From IMG/VR virus record IMGVR_UViG_3300037851_000491, positions 1 through 35,101 of that record: 35,101 nt of DNA, one strand, 5' to 3'. Below the pieces are notes generated by a model. That model worked only from the letters and a program-made list of their open reading frames with translations. It did not search any database and was not told where the DNA came from. This DNA comes from a virus (taxonomy: Duplodnaviria; Caudoviricetes). Shown in pieces: positions 6,742 through 14,858 of this stretch; within the stretch, counting starts at the first letter, position 1; every line of letters starts with the position of its first letter. Made by a program: the position numbers and the translations under genes.

Positions 6742-7422
6742 ATGACCGCCGATCGCCGCAAGCTGACCCCGGTCCTCAACCAGGCCGGCCACATCTACAC
6801 CCTGGACGGGAAGCCCCTCGCCGGCGTGACCACCGTGATCCACGCCGTCCACCGGGCGCCCGAGCTAGAGGAATGGTTCAAGCGGACACCGGCGGCGGAG
6901 GCCGACCGGATCCGCGACGAAGCCGCGGCCTTCGGCAACAGCGTCCACGCGGCTCTGGCCGCCTACCTGACCGGCGCCGCCCTGATACCGCTGCCGCGAG
7001 AGGAGCGGTGGCAGCGGACCGTCGAGGCCGGTATCGCCTGGCTGGAGGCCAACGTAGAGGAGGTCCTGGCCGTCGAGGAGCCGGTCGCCAGCGCGATCTA
7101 CGGCTACGCCGGCAAGCCGGACCTGTACGCGGTCCTGCGCCGGGCCCGGAGACAGCGGTCGACCGGCCGCCTGGTCCCCACGGTCATCGATTTCAAGACC
7201 ACCGGCGCCATCTACTGGCCGCACCTGTTCCAGCTGGCCGCCTACCGGCAGGCCGCAAAGGAAACCTACGACGCCCCGCCGCCGGACCGCCTGGCCCTGC
7301 GACTGGACAAGGACGAACCCGGCCGGGTCGAACCCCGGCCGCTACCGCACCACGACCGAGACTGGGCCGGCTTCGGCTACTGCTTGGGCATGTTCCGAAT
7401 CCTGGAAGGCGGCATGGCATGA
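6742..7422 (+). CDS. PD-(D/E)XK exonuclease of the recombination module
   Basis: GVTTVI...GNSVH...VEEPV...YAGKPD...IDFKT...QLAAY; AAGGAGG RBS; upstream of RecT. Confidence 0.9.
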   Translation: MTADRRKLTPVLNQAGHIYTLDGKPLAGVTTVIHAVHRAPELEEWFKRTPAAEADRIRDEAAAFGNSVHAALAAYLTGAALIPLPREERWQRTVEAGIAWLEANVEEVLAVEEPVASAIYGYAGKPDLYAVLRRARRQRSTGRLVPTVIDFKTTGAIYWPHLFQLAAYRQAAKETYDAPPPDRLALRLDKDEPGRVEPRPLPHHDRDWAGFGYCLGMFRILEGGMA

Positions 7423-7769
7423 GCACCACGAAGGTCTGCAGCAAGTGCGGAGCCGAGAAACCAGCCACGATCGAGCACTTCAGGAAGCACTACGGAGGGC
7501 TCAGGGGATCGTGCAAGGAATGCGACGCCGCCTATCAGCGCGAGTACCGTCGCAACAACCAGGAGAGAGTCGCCGCCTACCAGGCGAGGTACCGCGCCGA
7601 GCACAAAGACCACCGCAAGGCACTCGGAAGCAGCAGCCTGCCCCTGTACCGATGGCTGGTAAAGAACGGCTTTCCGGCCGGCTTCCAAGTGCTGTGCCGC
7701 AACTGCAACTGGGGCAAACACGCAAACGACGGCGTTTGCCCCCACATCATCCAAGGAGGGATGGAGTGA
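7419..7769 (+). CDS. Internally deleted HNH-family endonuclease remnant
   Basis: N-terminal CSKC...CKEC and C-terminal FQVLCRNCNWGK...CPH, but no central CxxC/DH segment; GGAAGG RBS, ATGA overlap. Confidence 0.65.
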   Translation: MSTTKVCSKCGAEKPATIEHFRKHYGGLRGSCKECDAAYQREYRRNNQERVAAYQARYRAEHKDHRKALGSSSLPLYRWLVKNGFPAGFQVLCRNCNWGKHANDGVCPHIIQGGME

Positions 7770-8434
7770 CCCCCACCACACAGGCGGTCGCCGCCTATGA
7801 GAGCGACGCCCAGGTGATCGAAGCCACCAGCCGAGCGGCCGCGGTACTCACGCGCGCCCAGGCGATCACCGTCAAGGACCAGGCCACGGAAGCCGAGGCC
7901 ACCGACTTGCTCGCTGAGGCCCGAAAGGGCACCAAGGGCATCGAGGCCCTGCGCCGCAGCTTCGTGGACCCGCTGAATGAGCACGTGAAGAACATCAACG
8001 CCTTCTTCAGGCGCGGCGCCACGCCCCTGGCGGACGCCGACCGGCTGCTCGGCCAGAAGCTGACCGACTACCGCGCCAAGGTGGCGGAGGCAGCCCGCAA
8101 AGAGGAGGAGCGCCTCCGGGCCCAGCAGGAAGCCAAACACGCCAAGGCGGTCGAGCGCGCCGAGGCCAAGGGCTTGGAGGCCCCGCCGGCGATGCCCCTG
8201 GTTCCCACGATCGCCCGCCCGGCCAAGACCGTCGAGGCCTCGGACGGCGGAGCGAAGGTCACCTACGTCGAGCGCTGGGGCTTCGAGATCACCGACGCCG
8301 CCGCGGTCCCGCGCGAGTTCTGCTGCCCTGACGAGAAGAAGATCGGCCAGCTGGTCCGCGCGAAGTTCTGGCAGCCCGACCAGGCGCCCCCCGGGATCAA
8401 GATCACCGTCACCCACGAACCGACAGTGAGGTAG
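7766..8434 (+). CDS. Coiled-coil protein of the recombination module
   Basis: AAGGAGG RBS, GTG 7766; long A/E/K/R helices and C-terminal VPREFCCPDEKKI. Confidence 0.8.
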   Translation: MTPTTQAVAAYESDAQVIEATSRAAAVLTRAQAITVKDQATEAEATDLLAEARKGTKGIEALRRSFVDPLNEHVKNINAFFRRGATPLADADRLLGQKLTDYRAKVAEAARKEEERLRAQQEAKHAKAVERAEAKGLEAPPAMPLVPTIARPAKTVEASDGGAKVTYVERWGFEITDAAAVPREFCCPDEKKIGQLVRAKFWQPDQAPPGIKITVTHEPTVR

Positions 8435-8439
8435 AAGAC

Positions 8440-9315
8440 ATGGCGAGAGACACCCTGCCCGCCCGCCGTCCGGCCACCGCGCCGGCGGCCCCGGCGCCCA
8501 CCGCCGGCGGCACCAACGCCCTGGCCCTCATGGCCAGTCGGCTGCAGGTGGCGCCCGCGGAGCTGCAGCGCTGCCTGATCGACACCGCCTTCAAGGGTGC
8601 CACCGAGGCCGAGTTCATCGCCCTGGTGGCCGTGGCTAACCAGTACGGCCTCAACCCCCTGGTGCGCGAGATCTACGCCTTCAGTAAGACGGGCGGCGGC
8701 ATCGTCCCCCTGGTCCCGATCGACGGCTGGCTGAAGCTGATCCGCCGCGATCCGGACTTCGCCGGGATGGAGACCAGGTGGAGCGATGAGCTGGTCCAGC
8801 CCAGCAGCAAGGCGAAGGACTGCCCCGCCTGGTGCGAGGTCACCATCCACCACAAGAGCCACCCGGAATACCCGACAGAGCACCGCGAGTGGATCGATGA
8901 GATGTACCGAGACACCGGGCCCTGGAACACGACCACGAAGCGCATGCTCGAGTGGAAGGCCATTATCCAGTGCGGTCGCAAGGCCTTCGGTCTCACCGGG
9001 ATCTTCGACCAGGACGAAGCCGAGCGCATCGCCGCCGGCGAGATGGTCACCGTCGAAGCCACCGCGACTACCGCGCCGGCGCCGATTGGCGAGGAGGCCT
9101 ACCTGAAGCTGGTCGCCCAAGCCCAGCGCTTCGGCTATAGCGTGGCCGACGTCCAGGCGACCGCGGCCACGGAAGGGTACGAGGGCCCCGGCGAAAAGAT
9201 GCCGGAGGACCTGGCCCAGCGCATCTACCAGGGGATGAAGGCGAACCCCTGCGAAGCGGAGCAGCCGGCGGCCGGCGGATACCGGACCCCGATGACGGGC
9301 GGTGATGGCCAGTGA
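8440..9315 (+). CDS. recT: RecT/Red-beta family single-strand annealing protein
   Basis: ANQYGLNPLVREIYAF...PLVPIDGW...GPW...RMLEWKAIIQCGRKAFG..GIFDQDEAERI, lambda Bet signature. Confidence 0.93.
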   Translation: MARDTLPARRPATAPAAPAPTAGGTNALALMASRLQVAPAELQRCLIDTAFKGATEAEFIALVAVANQYGLNPLVREIYAFSKTGGGIVPLVPIDGWLKLIRRDPDFAGMETRWSDELVQPSSKAKDCPAWCEVTIHHKSHPEYPTEHREWIDEMYRDTGPWNTTTKRMLEWKAIIQCGRKAFGLTGIFDQDEAERIAAGEMVTVEATATTAPAPIGEEAYLKLVAQAQRFGYSVADVQATAATEGYEGPGEKMPEDLAQRIYQGMKANPCEAEQPAAGGYRTPMTGGDGQ

Positions 9316-10406
9316 GCGACAGCATGTCTCTCGCCATCCAGGGCGGGCAGGTCCCCCTCTTCGCGGGCTTCGTCAATTTGGAGGTCTCGCTTAGCCTCTC
9401 CGGCTCCGGCAAGTACAAGCTGGAGAAGCTGGAAGAGATCCTCGCAGGCGACCCGCTCGTTCCTGGGACCGAGCTCACCATCACCAGCCGCTACTATGTC
9501 CGTGACGTCCACATGCCCGTCAACCGCAAGGAAGACTACAGCCGGTCCTACGAGGAGCGACAGAAGAGCGCGGCCTACGTCTACGAGCTGGCTGGCGCCA
9601 AGGTGGACCTCGGCTTCATCGACATCCTCAAGGTCGAGGCCAAGCAGGGCAAGACGAAGAAGATCATCGCCGCTCCCTGCGCATGCCTGGTCGCGAACGT
9701 GCCCAATGCCACGAAGCCCGACGGCTACAAGGTGGCGGAGTATCCGCTCAAAGGCCACTGGGCCGACCAGAAGTGCCAGGCATGCAAGGGCCGCGGCTAC
9801 GTCCATCCCCGCAAGAACAAAGCGCCGATGTCCGACGAGATCTCCGGTAGCTATGGGGACATCATCATGCTGGTGGACGTCCTCCCGGAGGCGCCTGACG
9901 TCCCCGAGGGCCATTGCACGACGTGCGGCAACAAGAACCACGTCTACAACTGCCCGGTGAGAGCGGAGGAAGAGGCCGCCAAGAAGAAGACCGCCGGCGA
10001 GGCGAAGAAGGCCTACAAGAAGGAGACCGGCCAGAAAGCCCCGGACTGCTTCGGCCTCACCTATGATTCCTACTACCGACGGTGCGCGCCCGACGTCTGC
10101 GCGGCAGCCGCGCACTGCGCCAAGGCCTGCGGGCGCGAGGTGCCAGCGCTGAAGGAAGCGACCGGCTCCACGCCGGATGACGACACCAAGATCCACCAGT
10201 GCCCCTATGCCGACGCCGTTGCAGATAACTGTCCCTGCGAGAACTTCTATGAATGCGCGGTCGTCACCAGGCCGCCGTGCTTCGGCCGCTGCTTCGCCGT
10301 CGATGAAACGCTCAAGTGCCGCACCGACGATTGCGACTTCGAGCCCTATTGCGAGGGCCAAGCTGAGAGCGACCACGACGCTGCCGATGAGGCCGGCGAC
10401 GAGTGA
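9312..10406 (+). CDS. Cys-rich modular protein
   Basis: Beta-rich N-terminal core, CQACKGRG (DnaJ-like CxxCxGxG), CTTCG..H..C, two CFG modules; GTGA overlap. Confidence 0.85.
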   Translation: MSDSMSLAIQGGQVPLFAGFVNLEVSLSLSGSGKYKLEKLEEILAGDPLVPGTELTITSRYYVRDVHMPVNRKEDYSRSYEERQKSAAYVYELAGAKVDLGFIDILKVEAKQGKTKKIIAAPCACLVANVPNATKPDGYKVAEYPLKGHWADQKCQACKGRGYVHPRKNKAPMSDEISGSYGDIIMLVDVLPEAPDVPEGHCTTCGNKNHVYNCPVRAEEEAAKKKTAGEAKKAYKKETGQKAPDCFGLTYDSYYRRCAPDVCAAAAHCAKACGREVPALKEATGSTPDDDTKIHQCPYADAVADNCPCENFYECAVVTRPPCFGRCFAVDETLKCRTDDCDFEPYCEGQAESDHDAADEAGDE

Positions 10407-11863
10407 GAGGCGTCCCCGGATACGAGTTTATCCGCTGCCCGGACCACCCCGGCTACAGCGTCGGCTTCCACGCCGGCCGCCCCGGCTGGTGCTGGTTCGG
10501 CGACCACTACGTTGAGGGAGAGAGCATGAGCGACGACGCCCCGGCCGCCCTGGCCGAATGTACAACGGAGGATCCTTCGATCGCACCCGGAGCTATGGCC
10601 GAAGGTCCAACCGGCGAGCTGCCCGACTTCGGGCCGCTCAAGTCCTGGTCCGCGGCCGACGCCCAGGAGAAGTGGTGCCTCAAGCACCACATGAGGGTCG
10701 AGCCCCGCACCCTGTGCCCGGACGCCGACCGCCGGGAGATCGAGGCGCCCTGCGAGGCGATCGACTGCCCGGAGCGCATGCCGGTCTGCTACGGCGCGCC
10801 GCCGGCGACCTGCCAGGACCACGCCTGCCCGGCGAAGGGCTCCTGCTGGTCGGAATGCGAGGAAGACCGGCCTGAGTGCTACGGAGACCCGACGAAGGCG
10901 GAGCCGGACGCCTGCGAAGCCTGCGCGATCGCGCCCGCCTGCGTCGAGGTCCAGAGCCTCGCGGCCACGCAGGAGATGGACGATCCGCCGGCCCCGGAGA
11001 TGCCCGCCAAGCATGACCCCTTCGAGGCGAGCCGTCCGCCGGCCTTCGGCGTCATCAACAAGAACACCGGCGAGGCCTTGCAGATGAGCCTGGAAGGCGC
11101 CACGTGGGCCCAGTACCGGATCAAGACCAGCCACCTGAGCCTGAGCGCCGGCGGCGCCGTCACCGATACTGATCTGGACGGCATCCTGTGGGGAGGCGAA
11201 CTGCGGACGGGCGCGATCGTGGAGGTCACCCTGCGGGCCCGCGTCCAGATGCACGCCCCGGTCCACAAGAAGGGCGCCTACCAGGGCAAGATCGTGCTCG
11301 CCGGCGAGGTGCCCACGTCTATCGAGGTCATCCGCTACGCCGACGGCCCGGTGGAGCCGGCCGAGAACGTGGATGGGATACCGAAGGCCCTGGAGGAAGG
11401 CACGAGGCCAGCCGCTGGTGAAACGATCGAGGCCCCTGCTGACACAGAGAGCCCCGACGGCGAAGCGCTCCACGATTGCAGCGACTGCAAGCACACCGAT
11501 GTCGATTGGGACCAAGAGCCCTGCGCCCAGTGCAAGTGGATGGACCCGAACGGCGAAGACCCCGACTGCCTCCACGGGACCGAGGACAACTGGGAGCGCA
11601 GCTGCTTCGGGGACCCCTCCGAGGACAAGGCCTCCGAGTGTGACGCCTGTCCTTCGTTGCATGCCTGCATGGACCTCGTTCGCGAGCAGGAGGGACTCGT
11701 AGACCAGGTGCCTGACGACAAGACGGAGACCACCGCAGAGACCGACCCGGCCGCGGAACGTCCGGAGTGCTTCGGCGCCTACGGCACCTGCCTGGCCTGG
11801 ACCCAGGCGGACTGCCCCAGCGCCGCTGCCTGCCTCGCCGCGAGCCCGGGGGATGACCGATGA
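10403..11863 (+). CDS. Acidic Cys-rich modular protein (alternative start 10526)
   Basis: Four C[YF]G modules; central core similar to the 9312 N-terminus. Confidence 0.85.
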   Translation: MRGVPGYEFIRCPDHPGYSVGFHAGRPGWCWFGDHYVEGESMSDDAPAALAECTTEDPSIAPGAMAEGPTGELPDFGPLKSWSAADAQEKWCLKHHMRVEPRTLCPDADRREIEAPCEAIDCPERMPVCYGAPPATCQDHACPAKGSCWSECEEDRPECYGDPTKAEPDACEACAIAPACVEVQSLAATQEMDDPPAPEMPAKHDPFEASRPPAFGVINKNTGEALQMSLEGATWAQYRIKTSHLSLSAGGAVTDTDLDGILWGGELRTGAIVEVTLRARVQMHAPVHKKGAYQGKIVLAGEVPTSIEVIRYADGPVEPAENVDGIPKALEEGTRPAAGETIEAPADTESPDGEALHDCSDCKHTDVDWDQEPCAQCKWMDPNGEDPDCLHGTEDNWERSCFGDPSEDKASECDACPSLHACMDLVREQEGLVDQVPDDKTETTAETDPAAERPECFGAYGTCLAWTQADCPSAAACLAASPGDDR

Positions 11864-11961
11864 GCGAGCGCACCGTCAAGCGCGCAGAGGTCCGGCAGGC
11901 CCTGCGCGAGGTAGCGACCGACGCGGACATCCAGGACTTCATCGGAGGGTTGCGGCCATGA
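11860..11961 (+). CDS. 33-aa peptide (absent from ORF track)
   Basis: MSERTVKRAEVRQALREVATDADIQDFIGGLRP; ATGA overlaps at both ends fill the gap exactly. Confidence 0.55.
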   Translation: MSERTVKRAEVRQALREVATDADIQDFIGGLRP

Positions 11962-12551
11962 CCAGCCCCGCCCGCTGCCATTCAAGTCACACCGCGAGCC
12001 CGGCTTCGGCCGGGCCGCGGATTCTGGCCCTCGACCTCAGCTTGACATCGACCGGAGTCTGCCGGCCAGATGGAGAAACTGTGGTCATTCCTACGGCGCC
12101 AAGGAAAGCCATGGTGCGGCTCGCCTTCATCCGAAGCCAGGTGCTCACCGAAGCCCAGGAGCCCTACACCGGCAGCCTGCCCGACGTGGCCATCCTGGAA
12201 GGCTACAGCCACGGGAGCCCCAACCAGGCCCACTACCTCGGCGAGCTCGGCGGCGTCGTGCGCCTGGCCCTCTATGACGCCGGCGTGCCCTACGTCGACA
12301 TCGCCCCGAAGAAGCGAGCGAAGTATGCCACCGGAAACGGGAACGGCAGTAAGGACGCCGTGCTCCAGGCGGCCGTCCATCGCTCTGGCCGGATCTTCGA
12401 CTCGAACGACGCGGCCGACGCCTGGTGGCTCTGGCAGATGGGCCTGGCCCACTACGATCCTGGCAGCCCGCACCTGGTGAAGATGCCGGCTAAGAATCTG
12501 GAGGCCCTGCGGGAGATCCAGTGGGCCGTGATCGGGAAGGAGGCGTCATGA
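11958..12551 (+). CDS. ruvC: RuvC-like Holliday junction resolvase
   Basis: ILALDLSLTSTG, AILEG, LGELGGV, KYATGNGNGSKDAV, NDAADA. Confidence 0.92.
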   Translation: MTSPARCHSSHTASPASAGPRILALDLSLTSTGVCRPDGETVVIPTAPRKAMVRLAFIRSQVLTEAQEPYTGSLPDVAILEGYSHGSPNQAHYLGELGGVVRLALYDAGVPYVDIAPKKRAKYATGNGNGSKDAVLQAAVHRSGRIFDSNDAADAWWLWQMGLAHYDPGSPHLVKMPAKNLEALREIQWAVIGKEAS

Positions 12552-12835
12552 GCACCTGCACCAGTTGCGGCGCCGCCATCCGCTTCGAGCAGTCCGCGAA
12601 GCCGCCCCACAAGTGGATGATCCTGAACCCGCTGCCCTACGAGGACGGCAACGTGGTGATCTTCCGCGGATATGCCCACGTGTTCAAAGACGCCGCCGCG
12701 GCCCTCGAGGCCTTCCCCGGCTCGCAGCTGTGGGTGGACCACCACGCCACCTGTGAGCACGGCAAGCAGTGGAGCGAATACACGGCCGGCAAAGGCCCCA
12801 GGCCGGCCCAGATGACCTTGGGAGGTGAACCGTGA
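12548..12835 (+). CDS. Small zinc-finger protein (CxxC...HxxxC)
   Basis: MSTCTSCGAAIRF...LNPLPYEDGNVV...HHATC; AAGGAGG RBS. Confidence 0.8.
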   Translation: MSTCTSCGAAIRFEQSAKPPHKWMILNPLPYEDGNVVIFRGYAHVFKDAAAALEAFPGSQLWVDHHATCEHGKQWSEYTAGKGPRPAQMTLGGEP

Positions 12836-13047
12836 CCACCTGCCCGTGCTGTGACCAGCCGGTGGCCTTCGTGCGCAACCACCACAGCCGCTACGACTTC
12901 GTGATTGACCCGGAGCCCGCCGAAGACGGCACCGTTGTGATCGGCACCGGGTGCTTTGGGAGCGTGGAGGCCGCAAAGAGCGCCGCCGGCGCCGGTCGAC
13001 CTCGCTACCGCCTGCATACCTGCCCTGACACCGAGAAGAGGCGATGA
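12832..13047 (+). CDS. Small zinc-finger protein, paralog of the preceding gene
   Basis: MTTCPCCDQPVAF...IDPEPAEDGTVV...LHTCP; GGAGGT RBS. Confidence 0.75.
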   Translation: MTTCPCCDQPVAFVRNHHSRYDFVIDPEPAEDGTVVIGTGCFGSVEAAKSAAGAGRPRYRLHTCPDTEKRR

Positions 13048-13050
13048 CCC

Positions 13051-13788
13051 GTGGCCAACCCGCAGCCGACGCCCTTCGTCCAGTTCTCCAAAGAGCTGTT
13101 CGACGCCCTCCTCTTGTCGCCCATGCCGGCCACGCATAAAGAGATCGTCCTGGCCGTCATCCGCCGCACCTACGGAGACCACGGGAAGAAGTCGGCGCCG
13201 ATATCGATCGGCCTCTTGGTGAGCATGACAGGACGGTCTAAGAGCGGCCTCAGTGTCAGCCTGGCGGCACTCATTGCGGAGGGCGTCATCCGGCAGGTCT
13301 CACCGCCGGGTTTCGGACGCCCCGCAGTGTTGGGCCTGAACAAGAACTACGAGAAGTGGGGCCGCTGGTCAGTAGACCCGGAGTCCCTACCAAAGTATCC
13401 ACAGGACGGCACTTATCCACAGGTTCAGGAGAGCGAACAGGTTCAGCAGGACGAACTGAACAGTACTAGCAGAGCGAACCATGGTGTTCAGCAGGACGAA
13501 CTGAACAGTACCAGCAGAGCGAACCATGGAATACAAGAGACATTGAAACAAGAGACGTCTCGCGCGGGCGCGCGCGACCCTGTGGAAAACCCGGCCGAGG
13601 AAGATCATTTTGATTTGAAAAGGAAAAGGGAGAGGATCGTGGATCACCTGACCCCGGAGCAGAACGTGCGGCAACGTGGGCCCGGGCAGACCTGTGGGGA
13701 GCTTGAGCCCGCCTTCGCCGGTATCGACTTCGGGGAACCGCCCCCGGACGACTTCCGCGCCATAGACCTGGGTGGGGCGAAGCCATGA
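13051..13788 (+). CDS. Replication initiator with lambda-O-like N-terminal wHTH
   Basis: FSKELFDALL...IVLAVIRRTYG..KK...GLNKNYEKW matches O-protein N-termini; internal iterons. Confidence 0.88.
   Translation: MANPQPTPFVQFSKELFDALLLSPMPATHKEIVLAVIRRTYGDHGKKSAPISIGLLVSMTGRSKSGLSVSLAALIAEGVIRQVSPPGFGRPAVLGLNKNYEKWGRWSVDPESLPKYPQDGTYPQVQESEQVQQDELNSTSRANHGVQQDELNSTSRANHGIQETLKQETSRAGARDPVENPAEEDHFDLKRKRERIVDHLTPEQNVRQRGPGQTCGELEPAFAGIDFGEPPPDDFRAIDLGGAKP
13395..13630 (+). promoter_or_regulatory. Putative replication origin: iterons, DnaA boxes, A/T-rich stretch
   Basis: 45-bp tandem repeat (13441-13485/13486-13530); TTATCCACA 13413, GTATCCACA 13395, inverted TGTGGAAAA 13581; A/T-rich 13601-13630. 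Confidence 0.8.
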
Positions 13789-14459
13789 ACGCGGCCATCG
13801 AACAGAGCGCTTCGGTGCCTGTCTGGGCCTGGTACTTCGCCACCCCGCGCGATCTGCAGCGCGGCCTCGAGGAATACACCGCCTTTCAGGGCGACCGCCT
13901 AGTTCGCCAGAGCGAGCGGGAGCCGGTCGACCCCAACGTACCGATCGGGGCGATCGACCTGCGCGAGCTTGAACGGATCGCCTCGAGGTACGGCCTCCGC
14001 CTTTCGACCGACGAAGCCGGCGCCGTGATCTACGGCACCGACGGCAACCCGGTTCTCGAGGAGGACCCCGACGCGGCGCCACGACCGGAGGACGTCCAGG
14101 CCATACAGCAGATGCACTCTGCCCAGCGCCGTGCGGAGATCGACGCCTGCCTCGAGGCGATACGCCGGCCCTTTCCGCATTGGTACAAGTTGCTCGATAC
14201 CTACTACCGGGAAGGCCTGAGCCTAGAGCCGCGAGGATGGGCGATCGCCGCCCACGCCCTCGGCGCCCACCAGGTGACCTGCCCACCGCTCAAGAGGTGC
14301 CCAGCGAGCCCGGGCGAGCCGGTCCAGGAAGATCGGCCTGATTGCAGGAAGGCGGACAAGATCTGTCGGGCGGACCGTGCCCGATTCGAGGTGTTGCTCG
14401 CGATCGCCATCGCCCGGCTTTTTGACGCCCACAGGGTACGCCGTGAGAAGTGCTCTTGA
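13785..14459 (+). CDS. Putative late-transcription regulator (Q/RinA position)
   Basis: Last early gene, directly before the late promoter; EIDACLEAI...YKLLDTYYREGLS resembles sigma-region-4-like helices. Confidence 0.55.
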   Translation: MNAAIEQSASVPVWAWYFATPRDLQRGLEEYTAFQGDRLVRQSEREPVDPNVPIGAIDLRELERIASRYGLRLSTDEAGAVIYGTDGNPVLEEDPDAAPRPEDVQAIQQMHSAQRRAEIDACLEAIRRPFPHWYKLLDTYYREGLSLEPRGWAIAAHALGAHQVTCPPLKRCPASPGEPVQEDRPDCRKADKICRADRARFEVLLAIAIARLFDAHRVRREKCS

Positions 14460-14485
14460 CACCACCAGCGGACAGGCTCTAGACT
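14456..14485 (+). promoter_or_regulatory. Housekeeping-sigma late promoter
   Basis: TTGACA(14456)-N18-TAGACT(14480). Confidence 0.8.
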
Positions 14486-14519
14486 ACGGCCTAGTGGGAG
14501 TGGGAGGGAGTGCGCCCGG

Positions 14520-14558
14520 AGGTCGACGGCAACAAGAGAGCCGCCGGCCTTTTTGTTT
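14520..14558 (+). terminator. Terminator/attenuator just downstream of late promoter
   Basis: AGGTCGACGGC/GCCGCCGGCCT stem (one mismatch) followed by TTTTGTTT. Confidence 0.7.
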
Positions 14559-14570
14559 GGGCGAGGCCGC

Positions 14571-14858
14571 ATGAGTAACCCGGCCCTCAAGCCCTTCTAC
14601 AACTCAGCCGCCTGGAAGCGCGCCCGCCTCGCCGCCTTCGAGCGCGATGACTACCACTGCCGAATCTGCGGCAAGCTGACCAGCAAGCCGACCGGCCACC
14701 ACTACCCGCCCATCGAGGAACTGCTGCGCCGAGGCCTCGACCCTCTGGATCTGGCCTACATCTTCACCGCCTGCCCGCCCTGCCATGGGGAAGAGGATGG
14801 GCCGAGATCTCACGCGCCCAAGCCGCCGAAGGTCAACAGGTTCAAGCGTTGGCTTTAG
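14571..14858 (+). CDS. Packaging-associated HNH endonuclease (HK97 gp74-like)
   Basis: FYNSAAWKRAR...RDDYHCRICG...GHH...ACPPCH; upstream of terminase. Confidence 0.9.
   Translation: MSNPALKPFYNSAAWKRARLAAFERDDYHCRICGKLTSKPTGHHYPPIEELLRRGLDPLDLAYIFTACPPCHGEEDGPRSHAPKPPKVNRFKRWL

Noticed and set aside
6742-7422. Cas4
   Set aside because: No four-Cys Fe-S ligand set; RecT context indicates a recombination exonuclease
10404-10530. Selenocysteine or stop read-through in Cys-rich genes
   Set aside because: TGA stops are ordinary ATGA/GTGA overlaps and do not fall at Cys-motif positions
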